From assembly GCA_041601615.1 (NCBI GenBank), contig JBFIHX010000004.1, forward strand, positions 128,001 to 192,000: a DNA stretch of 64,000 nucleotides. Direction: 5' to 3'. This document shows positions 31,863-42,782 of this stretch, piece by piece. Numbering within the stretch: the stretch's first letter is position 1; every line of letters begins with the position of its first letter. The translations under genes and the position numbers were made by a program. Below the pieces are notes generated by a model that was given only the letters and a program-made list of their open reading frames with translations, ran no database searches and had not been told where the DNA came from. This DNA comes from Thermoplasmatota archaeon. Its GTDB lineage: Archaea > Thermoplasmatota > E2 > JACPAO01 > JAHFTW01.

Positions 31863-34496
31863 GTGGCTCTCGTGCGGACCCTCCCGCTCGCCCTCCTGCT
31901 GATGGTGCCTCTCCTTTCAGGTTGCCTCGGCGAAGGTGCGGCAAATCCACCCGCAAACGCGCTGGACGCGGGCGCTGACGCCGATTGGACGGTCGCCATC
32001 GAAGGCGAATCAGATGTGGTGTTCGTGGGTGACGCGGTTTCCCTGCACGCCACTCCCGTCCTCGAAAACGCCTCCTACCAGTGGCTTGTGGACGGCGTCA
32101 TCCTAGAAGGCCCGATCATGGTGGCAATCCTTCCCGAGGGCAGCTATCTGATTCTGTTGAAGGCCACGCTTGGCAACACCACGCAAGAGGCCAACACCAC
32201 CATCCAAGTCGTGCCGGCACCACCCGATTCTACACCGGACCCCGACGACCCGAGCAACGAAGGCGGCGACTCCTCGGACCCAGGAACGGGGGGCGGCGGC
32301 TCAGGCGGCGGCTCCGGCAGCGGCTCCGGCGGTGGCTCTGATTCGGGCTCCTCCGACGAGCCCTGCACGTTCCCGGAAGGCTCCGTGCGCTTCGTGGGCA
32401 AAGACAACGAATTCACCATCAGCTACCCCTGGACGTGCCAACCGGATTCCTGGGAATGGGACCTAGGCGACGGCACCACCAGCCGCCTTGCCTCCGTGCA
32501 CCACGTCTACGCCCGCGACCAAACCTACACCGTGACCCTGCGCATCGTCCACGACGGCGAAACGCTCGTTCGCACCGGCACCCTCAGTGTCACCAACGTC
32601 CCCCTGCGCATCCGTGCCACCCTAGCAGAAGACACCGCCACGTTCTCCCTCACCTGGGGCCGCGACGTAGAATCCGTTGTATGGGACTTTGGAGACGGCA
32701 CCACCAGCACCGACCTCGCACCGAGCCATACCTTCGAAAGCGTCGGCCCATGGACCGTCAACGCCCAAGCCAAAGCCAGCGACGGCACCAGCGCCAGTAC
32801 CCAGAAGGAGGTCTACCTTGACGGGTTCCCCCTCGTCATCAGCTTCGACGTGGACAAAGACACCACCACGTTCGACTACGAATGGGGCTGGCTTCCCGAC
32901 TCCATCCTCTGGACCTTCGCGCACGACCAAAGCACCAGCGTCGAGCCCAAACCCGTGGTCCAGTACACCGAACCCGGCACCTACGAAGCCCGCCTTGAAA
33001 TCCGCGGCGAAGGACGCACGGCTACCACAGTAGCCACTGTCACGATTGAGGAAGTGCCCATTCGCATCGAGGCGGACCAAGACAAGAACGTCGTCACGTT
33101 CACCCCCGTTTGGTACGGCGAATTGACCAACCTCTACTGGAACTTCGGCGACGGCTTCACCAGCACCAACGAGATTCCCACGCACGCCTTCCTTGGCTAC
33201 GGCGACTTCACCATCCAAGTCAGCGCCACCGGCGACGGCGTGGGCCAAACCTCCAAACCAGTCACCGTCACCATCACCGAGATTCCACTCACCATCTCAG
33301 GGACCCTCGACGAAGACAATGTCTGGAACGCCTTCACCCTCTGGGCTCCCGCCACCTCCACCACCTGGGATTTTGGAGACGGATCCACCGGCACCGGCGA
33401 AATGGTGGCGCACGAATACAAGAAAAAAGGCACCTACACCGTCCAAGCAACCGCCACAGACGGCACCCACACCGAATCCGCCACCTACACCCTCGAAGTC
33501 CCCACCGGCATCATGCCCGACTGGGGCGACGCGGACTCGGCAGCGGTTCGTCCAGGCACCCAGATGCAGTCAGGCGACCAACAATGCACCGCCGCATTCT
33601 TGCTGCACGATGCTGCAAGTCGCTTCTTCATCGCCACAGCAGCCCACTGCGTCGGCACGGCCGGCGGCCCCGGCGGCGCTCCCAGCACCGACTGCACCGA
33701 AAACGTCTCCGAGCCACTTGGAACCAAGGCCACCTTCGACGACTGGAGCACAGGCAGCAGTGCCGTGGAAGCGACCCTCGCATACTCCTCCTGGTACACC
33801 ATGGTCGACAAAGGCATCACGGACCCGGATACCTGCGCTCTCAACGATTTTGCCATGTTCGAGATCAAGGACGCGGATCTTTCCAAGGTCCACCCCGCCG
33901 TGGTGTACTTTGGCGGCCCCCTGGACAGCGCCGCCGCAGGCACCAGGACCGCCGACGAGGAAGTGCGTGGCTACGGAGCAAGCAGCACACGCAACCGCGG
34001 TGCGGTGCAAGAAAATCACGCAACCAACGCAAAGGGCGGCGTGTACCTCTCCTACGAAGGCGGTTGGCACCACACGGTCCGCTTCGACAACCCCGCGATT
34101 CCCGGCGACAGCGGCGGCCCGCTTCTCACGGCAACGGGAGACGCACTCGGCGTTCTAAGCACCATCCAGATCTTCCCCAACGTGGGCGAAAACGGCTACA
34201 CCGACCTTGCCAAAGCACTGGAATGGATGAGCGCCAACACCGACCTTCAAGCGGAAGTGGTACCCTGGGACGAATGGGACCCGACCCTCGCCTCGACCGA
34301 ACCGAACGACTCGTGCATCCTGCTCTTTTGCCCCAGCGACAACGACCCGCCCCTCGGCTCTGGCTCCAGCACCAGTGCCAGTGCCCAAACAAGCGCCGCG
34401 CAAGGACCCCTCCTCGGCCCTGACTTGCTGCACAACCCCCTCTCCTTTCCACACCCATTCCCACGCGCCTCTGCCGCTGCCCCTTCCCTCCCGTGA
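31863..34496 (+). CDS. Lipoprotein with Gly/Ser linker, multiple PKD domains and C-terminal chymotrypsin-like serine protease
   Basis: LLSGC lipobox; repeated W(D/N)(F/L)GDG; CTAAF, TAAHC, DFA, PGDSGGP. Confidence 0.88.
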   Translation: MALVRTLPLALLLMVPLLSGCLGEGAANPPANALDAGADADWTVAIEGESDVVFVGDAVSLHATPVLENASYQWLVDGVILEGPIMVAILPEGSYLILLKATLGNTTQEANTTIQVVPAPPDSTPDPDDPSNEGGDSSDPGTGGGGSGGGSGSGSGGGSDSGSSDEPCTFPEGSVRFVGKDNEFTISYPWTCQPDSWEWDLGDGTTSRLASVHHVYARDQTYTVTLRIVHDGETLVRTGTLSVTNVPLRIRATLAEDTATFSLTWGRDVESVVWDFGDGTTSTDLAPSHTFESVGPWTVNAQAKASDGTSASTQKEVYLDGFPLVISFDVDKDTTTFDYEWGWLPDSILWTFAHDQSTSVEPKPVVQYTEPGTYEARLEIRGEGRTATTVATVTIEEVPIRIEADQDKNVVTFTPVWYGELTNLYWNFGDGFTSTNEIPTHAFLGYGDFTIQVSATGDGVGQTSKPVTVTITEIPLTISGTLDEDNVWNAFTLWAPATSTTWDFGDGSTGTGEMVAHEYKKKGTYTVQATATDGTHTESATYTLEVPTGIMPDWGDADSAAVRPGTQMQSGDQQCTAAFLLHDAASRFFIATAAHCVGTAGGPGGAPSTDCTENVSEPLGTKATFDDWSTGSSAVEATLAYSSWYTMVDKGITDPDTCALNDFAMFEIKDADLSKVHPAVVYFGGPLDSAAAGTRTADEEVRGYGASSTRNRGAVQENHATNAKGGVYLSYEGGWHHTVRFDNPAIPGDSGGPLLTATGDALGVLSTIQIFPNVGENGYTDLAKALEWMSANTDLQAEVVPWDEWDPTLASTEPNDSCILLFCPSDNDPPLGSGSSTSASAQTSAAQGPLLGPDLLHNPLSFPHPFPRASAAAPSLP

Positions 34497-34503
34497 TTCC
34501 ACC

Positions 34504-36288
34504 ATGCACCGATCCAGCCTCGCGCTCACCCTCCTGCTCCTGCTTCCCGCCCTCTCCGGCTGCATCGGCAACCAAGCAACCCAAGCCGAACCGGACGAAA
34601 CCCCGCCTCCCCACCCACTCTCCGCATCCACCTTCACCTGGGACCCGTTCTTTCCCAGCGTGGGCACCTCCGTTCGCTTCGAACCGAGCATCCAAAGCAG
34701 CATCAGCGGCGACGCACTTCGCGGCTTGAAATGGACCATGGAGGGCACCACCTACACCGACAGCCGACCCATCCACGCCTTCAGCCGCGCCGGAGCACAA
34801 GACGTGACGCTCGTCATCCAAACCGAACAAGGCGGCCGATACGAAGTGCACCAAACCGTGGATGTGACGGACGCAGCGGGCCGAGTTCCAGCTTCCCCGG
34901 ACCCCGCGACCGATCCCACCACCCAACCCCGCCAAACCGCACCCATCATCTCTTGGAACCTAACCCAGAGCACGGCACAGTTTCAATTCAGATTCTCAGG
35001 CAATCCCGAACAAATCCTCTGGGACTTTGGCGACGGCACAAGAAGCACCGAAGCCGCGCCCAACCACACCTACACCTCCATCGGCGACTTCACAGTCAAC
35101 CTGCGATTGCTCACCAACACCGGCGTCGCAACTGCCAGCACCAACCTCACCATTGACGAAGTGCCCTACCTGCCCCACGTCCTCGTAGCCGTCCCCGACA
35201 CCGGAATCAATCCGTACCACGAGTCGTTCCGTCGCCCCGCACTGCGATCACACCCCTGCACCTACATCCGCGACTTTCCCTGCGACATCCCCGCCCTAGA
35301 ACTGACCCTAGACGCAGCCGATTGGCAAACAGCATTCCAAGCAGACAAAGCCAAGTGGCAAGCCATCAAGCCCGGCGACTGGTACTGGATTCCAGGCACC
35401 GTCTTCGTCGCCGTTCACTGTGACGGGGCCTATCTTGCGGAGGACGGCAACCTCTGCATCCTCGACGACACCCACATGCACGGCACCGGCACCGTAAGCA
35501 GCGTGCTCATGGAAAACCCAGCCGCACTCATCGCCTTCAAGGAATACGACCCCGACATCTCCACATTCTCCAGCCGCGGCATCCCCGTGGACGTCTACAG
35601 CGTAAGTTGGGGCGCATCAGCGCCAGTCGCTGGTACGGGCTGGACACCCGCCTTCCCCGCCGGCACCTGCCCCTGGGACGTTCCCGACCAAACCATATAC
35701 GTCAAGTCAAGCGGCAACGAACCCGGCCTCACCGTCCTTGCCGATTGCTGGAGCGGCAACCCCCGCGCCATCAGCGTCGGAGGCGCCTACGCGGCAGACC
35801 GCAGCCAAGAACCACTCGCGTACAAAGACATGGATGTGGTCAGCTACTTCTGCCGACCCACCGCACAAACCAAGAGCCTCGACCAGCAACGACAATCCTA
35901 CTGCGGCACAAGCTTTGCCGCACCCACTGTCGCCGGAGCCCTTTCCAAAGTAGTGCTCGGCTTGCGCCAATCCAGCGGCTACACCGGCACCACAGTCAAC
36001 GGAGTCGTGGACCCCATCCTGGGCATCACCGTCGCTGACATTCGCGACGCCATGGAGCGCACAGCCAGCTTCAACCCCCAAGCAGAGTACCCGAACAACT
36101 GCTTCTACTGCCCCCCGGCCAATCCCGTAGCACCCTGGCTGCAATGGGGCTGGGGCTTCTACGACGGTCGCGTGGCCGAAACAACATTGGCTGACCTGCT
36201 CGGCACCGCCGACGGGGGCGACAAGTCCTCCGAGGCCCGCACCTACTTGGAGACCCAATACGAGATTCGCAAGACCCTGTACGGCTAG
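34504..36288 (+). CDS. Lipoprotein with PKD domains and S8 subtilase domain
   Basis: PALSGC lipobox; WDFGDG; DTGIN, HGTGT, SSGN, GTSFAAP. Confidence 0.85.
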   Translation: MHRSSLALTLLLLLPALSGCIGNQATQAEPDETPPPHPLSASTFTWDPFFPSVGTSVRFEPSIQSSISGDALRGLKWTMEGTTYTDSRPIHAFSRAGAQDVTLVIQTEQGGRYEVHQTVDVTDAAGRVPASPDPATDPTTQPRQTAPIISWNLTQSTAQFQFRFSGNPEQILWDFGDGTRSTEAAPNHTYTSIGDFTVNLRLLTNTGVATASTNLTIDEVPYLPHVLVAVPDTGINPYHESFRRPALRSHPCTYIRDFPCDIPALELTLDAADWQTAFQADKAKWQAIKPGDWYWIPGTVFVAVHCDGAYLAEDGNLCILDDTHMHGTGTVSSVLMENPAALIAFKEYDPDISTFSSRGIPVDVYSVSWGASAPVAGTGWTPAFPAGTCPWDVPDQTIYVKSSGNEPGLTVLADCWSGNPRAISVGGAYAADRSQEPLAYKDMDVVSYFCRPTAQTKSLDQQRQSYCGTSFAAPTVAGALSKVVLGLRQSSGYTGTTVNGVVDPILGITVADIRDAMERTASFNPQAEYPNNCFYCPPANPVAPWLQWGWGFYDGRVAETTLADLLGTADGGDKSSEARTYLETQYEIRKTLYG

Positions 36289-37445
36289 AGCGCCGAACCA
36301 AGCCGCCGCAGCGACTCTCGAAGCACATCCTCGGACGCCGCGTAGCTGAAGCGCAAGTGACCCTTGCCTCCGTCGCCGAAGGAACTTCCAGGCGTGCCCG
36401 CAACACCCGCTCGTTCGATGAGATCCATGCAGAACTTCTCGTCCCCGCCCGCCGCTTCCGCTTGCTCAAAGTGCGGGAAAACGTAGAACGCCCCGGCCGG
36501 CACCTCACACGAGACCCCAGGAAGCGCCCGCAGCCCCTCGACCATCAAGTCGCGGCGGGCACGAAACACCTCGCGCATCTCTTCGACGCTGTCTTGGGGC
36601 CCATTCAATGCCGCCACGGCACCGTACTGCGCAAAACTGGTGCAATGCGTGACACTGTGGCTTTGGAGCTTGTTCAGTTGCTTGAACACAGGCTCCGGCG
36701 CCACCGCCCAACCCATGCGCCAACCCGTCATGGCAAACGACTTCGACAAACCATCAATGGTCACCGTGCGCTCCCAACCACCATCCACGGCGGCTGCACT
36801 CGCGTGTTCGCCTTCGTACTGGAGCCGCTGGTAGATCTCGTCGCTGATGATCCACAAATCATGATCCTCGGCCAATTCCACAATACCCCGCACGTCCTCG
36901 GGCGTATTGACGCCGCCCGTTGGATTGCTGGGACTGTTGAGGAGAACCACGCGGCTCTTGGAAGTGATTTTTTCTGCCACTGCGTCCGGAGTCATCCGGA
37001 ACCGATCCGAACTGTCCAACGGAACCGGAACGGCCGTCGCATGTGCCCACTCCGTAATCGGCGCGTAGCTCACCCACGCAGGATCCGGCAGCAGGACCTC
37101 GTCGCCCTTGTCTGCCAGGGCCAAAATCGACATCATGACCGCTTGTTTCGTCGGAGTCGCCAGCACATTGCTAGCCTCGCACGGAATTCCATTCAGGTCC
37201 CGATGGAACCGCGCCACCGCCTCGCGCAGCTCCGGAATGCCCGGCCCCGGCGTGTAATGCGTGTGGCCCGCATCCAATGCCGCCTTGGCAGCCTCCCGCA
37301 CGTGCTCGGGCGTACCAAAATCAGGCTCGCCCAGGCCCAGGCTCAGGATGTCCGCGCCCTCACGGCGCTTCTGGGCCACGAGGTTGCTGATGGCAACAGT
37401 GGCACTCCCGACGATGCGGTCCATGCGAGCGGCAAATGCGGGCAC
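36285..37445 (-). CDS. PLP-dependent class I aminotransferase (aspartate aminotransferase-like)
   Basis: GEPDF, NSPSNPTG, SDEIY, SKSFAMTGWRMGW. Confidence 0.92.
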   Translation of the reverse strand: MPAFAARMDRIVGSATVAISNLVAQKRREGADILSLGLGEPDFGTPEHVREAAKAALDAGHTHYTPGPGIPELREAVARFHRDLNGIPCEASNVLATPTKQAVMMSILALADKGDEVLLPDPAWVSYAPITEWAHATAVPVPLDSSDRFRMTPDAVAEKITSKSRVVLLNSPSNPTGGVNTPEDVRGIVELAEDHDLWIISDEIYQRLQYEGEHASAAAVDGGWERTVTIDGLSKSFAMTGWRMGWAVAPEPVFKQLNKLQSHSVTHCTSFAQYGAVAALNGPQDSVEEMREVFRARRDLMVEGLRALPGVSCEVPAGAFYVFPHFEQAEAAGGDEKFCMDLIERAGVAGTPGSSFGDGGKGHLRFSYAASEDVLRESLRRLGSAL

Positions 37446-37531
37446 GAACGGCGCGAGTGCGAGGGGATAGATGCGGGTTGCGCTTGCAGAATGGGGGAAC
37501 CCAGAGGGAAAAATTGGCTGGATGTCGAGTG

Positions 37532-38884
37532 TCAATTCATGACGACGACCAAGCTCCCATCAACCAAGAGCCCCGATTGGCGGCCGGAATGATCGACGCG
37601 CACATGGATTTGGTTGGTTCCAGGCAGAAGATCTAGCGCCACGTTGTCAGAATACTCTATCCCCGTGCTCGAACCACTATGCTGGTACTCGGGGGAGTTT
37701 CCATTGATAGACAGCGCATGGTCGCCGCCGGCCCCCGCGTACACATGCAGGTTTGCTTCCCGGACTGTGCATCTCTCAGGAATCTCAAAGTCGTACACGT
37801 ATTCGATGGGGCTTGGGGATTCGCCAGAGGCAGCGGAGGACTGTTGGACATTGATGGGCCTCGCTGTGACAGAATCTCCGTTTGGCCATGGGCCTCCGGA
37901 TTGCGGCACCCCGCCAGAATCGCCTTGGATGACGACCGCATCGCCGCTTGTGGCGTGTTCGTGCGTCGAAGCAACCCGCCAAACGGAGTCGACGGCACCA
38001 TTCGGGAGCGGGCTTGAGGGGTACTCCGTTTGGTTCATTCCAGTAGACAGGTCAAATTCCAGCACGCGGGGGCACGCGGGCTCTCGAACGGGAGGTTTGT
38101 ACTCTCGACCTGGACAGTCAGAATAGATAACGACAGGTTCGGCCATGTTGAGCCAGAAGTGGTCCTCATGCCCGACGAGGTGGTCAGGGTGCGGGTCGGC
38201 TTGCGGTGCAGAGAGGAAATGCCATTCCTTGATTCCAATATCGAGTTGAAGGTCAGCCCACAAGTTCCAATCGGGGTCGATGATGATCATGGCAAACCCT
38301 TCGGTGAGGCCACGGTGATTGTTCCGGACAGCAAAGGCACCGCCGTCGGTCACATGAGAGAGCCACGACCAGGTGGGGTTGCGGTCTGCAAGGCTGTCAA
38401 AGTCCGGGTCTGATTTCACTGGGTCGTCTTGGACAATCCACCGAATCGGCATTGGAGATGGGTTCGTGGTGACGGGCAAAACACGGATGTTGAAATCGAC
38501 GGAGCCACCGGTCGTATCGCTGTCCTCTCTTGCATCGTGAATGATGCCCACCGAGACGAGTTCGGTGGTCGGGTCACTATACAGGTACAGCACGCTCGTG
38601 TCTTGCTCCTGAATGGATGCGTGCGACCTAGAGGAATAGTAATCATAAAAACTTGCGGCGTCCTTGCCATCCACCGTTATTGGACGAACTTGCACCATTT
38701 TGTCGCTTTGTACGACTGTATATTTGCATTTACTTGAGGCCATTGGGAGTATATTGTGGGAGTCCCCAGAGGAATGCAGGTCTTGTCGGGCGCCCACATC
38801 TTGTTGACCTGCGCAGCCCGAAAGTGCCAGTGTCGTAATCAGGACTACCGAAGCAGCGACGAGCGTTTTATTATTACGAACCAT
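37532..38884 (-). CDS. Lipoprotein with beta-rich extracellular domains, lower GC
   Basis: TLALSGC lipobox; C-terminal jelly-roll-like segment (GTNQIHVRV...GLLVDG); AT-rich upstream region. Confidence 0.7.
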   Translation of the reverse strand: MVRNNKTLVAASVVLITTLALSGCAGQQDVGARQDLHSSGDSHNILPMASSKCKYTVVQSDKMVQVRPITVDGKDAASFYDYYSSRSHASIQEQDTSVLYLYSDPTTELVSVGIIHDAREDSDTTGGSVDFNIRVLPVTTNPSPMPIRWIVQDDPVKSDPDFDSLADRNPTWSWLSHVTDGGAFAVRNNHRGLTEGFAMIIIDPDWNLWADLQLDIGIKEWHFLSAPQADPHPDHLVGHEDHFWLNMAEPVVIYSDCPGREYKPPVREPACPRVLEFDLSTGMNQTEYPSSPLPNGAVDSVWRVASTHEHATSGDAVVIQGDSGGVPQSGGPWPNGDSVTARPINVQQSSAASGESPSPIEYVYDFEIPERCTVREANLHVYAGAGGDHALSINGNSPEYQHSGSSTGIEYSDNVALDLLPGTNQIHVRVDHSGRQSGLLVDGSLVVVMN

Positions 38885-39152
38885 ATTGATTTTGCCCCTA
38901 TGATTGGCCATGTCTGATAGCTATGGCCCCGTGAGATTGTACTATGTCAAAGAATGATTATAATCTTGTCGGATTACGCGCATTTATTAAATGAAAAGCT
39001 CATCAATGATTAATTAATTAACATGGGAGTCAGGCGCTCACAATTTCAGATTCCTGCCAACGCCCCACAGGCAACCTAGCTAGGCAAGCACGCCGCCCAA
39101 CCCTGACCCCGGACCCAAACCGCCATCAATTGCCAACCCCCATGTCCGAATC

Positions 39153-39671
39153 ATGAGCGGCATCGCCGGCATCAGCGACGGCAACACCGGACCCACCACG
39201 GGCACCACCGCGCGGCCGGGCCTTGCAGACATCAAATGGGGCGCCAAAGGCCCCGGCTCCCGCTTGGAAGCACCCCCGAAGCGACCCGACGGCGTGCCCC
39301 CCACCTTCGTGGTCTTCAAGACCGAATCCTGTCCGTTTTGCCACCAGACCATGGATTTTCTGAAAGCCCTGCATGATCAGCGCGGCGATTTCCAAGTCGC
39401 AGCCGTGGACGCCACCGACCAACGCGATGAGTTTCGCAAGGTCTCCGGCTACACCCGCCGCACCACCGTGCCGCAGATCTTCCTAGACGGTCGATTCGTG
39501 GGCGGCTGGGACGATCTTGCCCGTGCTGCCAAAAAAGGCCACCTGGATTCCTATCTAGATGGCAAGGAATGGGGCGTCAGCAATCCTGAGGCAGAGGCAA
39601 CACAAGCGCCCAAGTGGGCCTTCTGGCGCAAGCGCCAATCCCCTGCCAATTCCAGCATCGTTCAGGAGTAA
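39153..39671 (+). CDS. Glutaredoxin-domain protein
   Basis: CPFC, TTVPQIFLDG.FVGGWDDL. Confidence 0.85.
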   Translation: MSGIAGISDGNTGPTTGTTARPGLADIKWGAKGPGSRLEAPPKRPDGVPPTFVVFKTESCPFCHQTMDFLKALHDQRGDFQVAAVDATDQRDEFRKVSGYTRRTTVPQIFLDGRFVGGWDDLARAAKKGHLDSYLDGKEWGVSNPEAEATQAPKWAFWRKRQSPANSSIVQE

Positions 39672-39733
39672 AGAGGGAGCGAAAAAGCGGGAAAAGAAAG
39701 CCGTGGGGGGACGATCGGCGCCGACGTGAACGC

Positions 39734-40150
39734 CTATAGGCCGAGGGCAACAGCCAGAGCGTGCGTGTCGGTGAAGTTCTGCATGTGCGAGATGCGGCCG
39801 TTCTTGAACTGCATCACATGGCAGAATGGCACCTCCAGGCGCTTGCCAGTCGACGGGACCTTGCGCGACGAGAAGTGCCCGGTGGTGATGACGGCGTCGC
39901 CTGCGTTGAAGAAGTGGCTCGGCTGCGCCTTCAAGTCGCCATAGGTGTTTTCGATCGTGCCGAACACCATTTGTCGAACGTTCTTGGCGCCCTTGTGGGT
40001 GCCGGCCTCGGGCAGTCCCTTCAGGTCGGGCTCCACCCAGACCACGTCGGGGGCCAGGAGGTCGTTGACAATGGTGTCGATGTCACCGCGTTCGAACATG
40101 GCGTAGCATTCCTTGGCGATCTCGAGGTTGCTTGCGAGGGCTTGTGTCAT
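39734..40150 (-). CDS. NTF2/SnoaL-like protein
   Basis: Y..FERGD...LAPDVVW, TGKR...FCHV..FKNGRI...DT. Confidence 0.85.
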   Translation of the reverse strand: MTQALASNLEIAKECYAMFERGDIDTIVNDLLAPDVVWVEPDLKGLPEAGTHKGAKNVRQMVFGTIENTYGDLKAQPSHFFNAGDAVITTGHFSSRKVPSTGKRLEVPFCHVMQFKNGRISHMQNFTDTHALAVALGL

Positions 40151-40402
40151 GGGTTGCACTCCGCACGGCTTCATTCCGTGCACATAGAGCCAGCAAGACG
40201 GGAAGGGAGTGGTTGTCGGAATTTAGCGGCGCAGCAGAAAGAATGGGGTGCCGAACAGCCATGCGCTGCCCCGGCCCCCGATCAAACCAAACCCACCGCA
40301 GGCTCGTAGTCCGCCTGCAAAGGGATCGATCAATTTGGGCGGCGCTCGCTACGCTAAGCCGCCCTGACAGGGACCGTAGTTGAAGCAATACCAAGGCCGA
40401 AC

Positions 40403-42097
40403 CTAGAATACAGCCGGTTCCCTGTATTCACCGTACACATCCACCATGGCCACGCGAATCTCACCCAGGGTCGCGTAGGCGCGGCTGGCGTCCACAAGCA
40501 GCGGCATGAGGTTTTGACGGTCGGCGCCGGTCAACTCGCAGGCGGATTGGAGCTTGTTGAGCGCGGTTTCGACAGCCTTGTTGTCGCGGGTCTTGCCGGC
40601 CTTGAGGTCCGCAAGCTCGCCGATTTGGCGCCGTTCGCCTTCCTCGTCGATCTTGAGGATGTCCATGTACGGCTCCTCTTCCATGCGGTACTTGTTGAGG
40701 CCGACGATGACGCGCTCGTTGCGCTCCACCGACTTTTGGTACTTGTAGGCCGCATCGGCGATTTCTCGTTGGAAAAAGCCGTTCTCGATGCCACGGACGA
40801 TGCCGCCGAGTGCGTCGATGCGTCGGAAGTATTCGTTGGCGTCCTCTTCCATTTCGTTGGTGAGGGTTTCGAGGTAGTAGGAGCCGCCCAAGGGGTCGAT
40901 GGTGTTGGCAACACCCGATTCTTGCGCGATGATTTGCTGGGTGCGCAAGGCAATGCGGACCGCCTTCTCCGTGGGAAGCGCTAGGGCTTCGTCGAAGGAG
41001 TTGGTGTGCAGGCTCTGGGTGCCGCCGAGGACGGCGGCCATCGCTTGCAGGGCGACGCGCACGATGTTGTTCTCCGGTTGCTCCCGGGTGCAGGTCATCC
41101 CGGCGGTTTGGGTGTGGAACCGCAGCAGCCAGGAGCGTGGGTCCTTGGCGCCGATGTCGTCGCGCATGAATTTGGACCAGATGCGGCGGGCGGCGCGGAA
41201 CTTGGCGATTTCTTCAAAGAAGTCGTTGTGGGCGTTGAAGAAGAATGACAGCCGGGGGGCAAAGTCGTCCACGTTGAGGCCGCGAGCAATACCGCGTCGA
41301 ACGTAGTCCATGCCGTTTGCCAGCGTGAACGCGAGTTCCTGGACCGCCGTGCTGCCGGCTTCGCGGATGTGGTAGCCGCTGATGCTGACGGTGTTGAAGG
41401 CGGGCGCGTTTTTGCTGCCCCATTCGAAGGTGTCCAGCACCAATTCGATGCTGGGTTCAGGCGGGAAGATGAACATTTTCTGGGCTTGGTATTCCTTGAG
41501 AATGTCATTCTGGATGGTTCCGCGCACGGAGGGGAACGGCACGCCTTGTTCGGCGGCGGCACCCATGAACATCGCCCAGACCATGGGGGCCGGGCCGTTG
41601 ATGGTCATGCTTACGGAAACATCCGATAGGGGTATGCCCGCAAACAGGCGCTCCATGTCCTTTTGACTGTCAATCGCAACGCCGACCTTGCCCACTTCAC
41701 CCTCTGCAAAGTGGTGGTCAGAATCGAAGCCTTGCAGCGTCGGGAAATCGAACGCCGTGGAGAGGCCCGTTTGGCCTTGGCTTAGAAGGTACTTGAAGCG
41801 CTCATTGGTCTCGGCGGCGGTGCCAAAGCCCGCAAATTGCCGCATGGTCCAGAGGCGACCCCGGTACATGGTGGAGTGCACGCCGCGCGTAAACGGCGGC
41901 TCGCCAGGGAAGCCCAAGTCGCGTTCGGCGTCGAATCCGGCGGCGGCAAGGTCGTCCGGGCCATAGAGGCGGCGCACCTCGTTGTCCGAGAGGTTCAGGA
42001 GCCGTTCCCGGCGCTCTGGGTGGCGGTCGAGCGCCTTCTTGAGGGTGCCGTTCTCCCACGCGTCGCGGCCGGTTGCGGGGACGGTTTCGGGGGTCAT
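40403..42097 (-). CDS. Methylmalonyl-CoA mutase family, substrate-binding subunit
   Basis: [43 protein letters not shown]; no B12-binding domain. Confidence 0.93.
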   Translation of the reverse strand: MTPETVPATGRDAWENGTLKKALDRHPERRERLLNLSDNEVRRLYGPDDLAAAGFDAERDLGFPGEPPFTRGVHSTMYRGRLWTMRQFAGFGTAAETNERFKYLLSQGQTGLSTAFDFPTLQGFDSDHHFAEGEVGKVGVAIDSQKDMERLFAGIPLSDVSVSMTINGPAPMVWAMFMGAAAEQGVPFPSVRGTIQNDILKEYQAQKMFIFPPEPSIELVLDTFEWGSKNAPAFNTVSISGYHIREAGSTAVQELAFTLANGMDYVRRGIARGLNVDDFAPRLSFFFNAHNDFFEEIAKFRAARRIWSKFMRDDIGAKDPRSWLLRFHTQTAGMTCTREQPENNIVRVALQAMAAVLGGTQSLHTNSFDEALALPTEKAVRIALRTQQIIAQESGVANTIDPLGGSYYLETLTNEMEEDANEYFRRIDALGGIVRGIENGFFQREIADAAYKYQKSVERNERVIVGLNKYRMEEEPYMDILKIDEEGERRQIGELADLKAGKTRDNKAVETALNKLQSACELTGADRQNLMPLLVDASRAYATLGEIRVAMVDVYGEYREPAVF

Positions 42098-42141
42098 GTT
42101 ACGGGTGACGGGGAATTTGTGCTTAAGGGCAAGGGTGTTGG

Positions 42142-42522
42142 CTACGGGGCTTCCAGCTCAAGGCCGGGAATGTGCTGGAAATCCTTCTGATTGTAGGTTG
42201 CAAGTCTTGCGCCAGCCTCCATTGTAGCCGCAGCAATCATGGCGTCCACTACGGGCGCCGGTCGTCCGGCGCGGTCCAATGCTTCCATGAACCTCCCAAA
42301 TCGGGTGGCGGCGCGGGGGCCGAAGGGAACCACGGCGAGTCCCGCAAGCAACCGCCGGCCTTCTGTCAGCCGGCGACCTCGAAGTCCGCGAAGGAGCTCC
42401 GCCATGTTCATGGAGGTCGTTGCAAGCCCTTCGCCTTCCGCATTCCATTGCCTAGTGGCCTCCATTGCGTGTAAATCACGTTCGAGCAAGGCGATGAGGA
42501 TGTCTGTGTCCAGTACAATCAT
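42142..42522 (-). CDS. vapC: VapC PIN-domain toxin
   Basis: [28 protein letters not shown]. Confidence 0.9.
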   Translation of the reverse strand: MIVLDTDILIALLERDLHAMEATRQWNAEGEGLATTSMNMAELLRGLRGRRLTEGRRLLAGLAVVPFGPRAATRFGRFMEALDRAGRPAPVVDAMIAAATMEAGARLATYNQKDFQHIPGLELEAP

Positions 42523-42749
42523 GGAGTGTACCGGGGGGTCCGGCTCTCTTCGCGGGCCTTGGAGGTCCGGCGCCGAAGTTCGCCGGCTTCTTTGTGCGAT
42601 AGGACGGCGGGAATGGTCGGATCCCAGAGGGCTGCGAGCGCTTCGTCACGTGCCAACCTCCTTGCTACATCCGAGAACGATTCGCCGCCACGCCGCACCG
42701 CTTTGAGCGCCTCGTAGGCGTCGTCCGCAAGGCTGATGGTTTTCGTCAT
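42519..42749 (-). CDS. vapB: VapB antitoxin, archaeal type
   Basis: MTKTISLADDAYEALK...GESFSDV..RL; overlaps vapC. Confidence 0.88.
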   Translation of the reverse strand: MTKTISLADDAYEALKAVRRGGESFSDVARRLARDEALAALWDPTIPAVLSHKEAGELRRRTSKAREESRTPRYTP

Positions 42750-42752
42750 GCA

Positions 42753-42772
42753 TCTGTGTATGCATACACAGA
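42753..42772. promoter_or_regulatory. Putative VapBC operator
   Basis: Perfect 20-bp palindrome TCTGTGTATG-CATACACAGA immediately before vapB. Confidence 0.7.
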
Positions 42773-42782
42773 CATTTGAATT

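Noticed and set aside
40300-40370. GC hairpins downstream of the mutase gene resembling REP or attC elements
   Set aside because: No AAC/GTT cores and no other copies seen in the window
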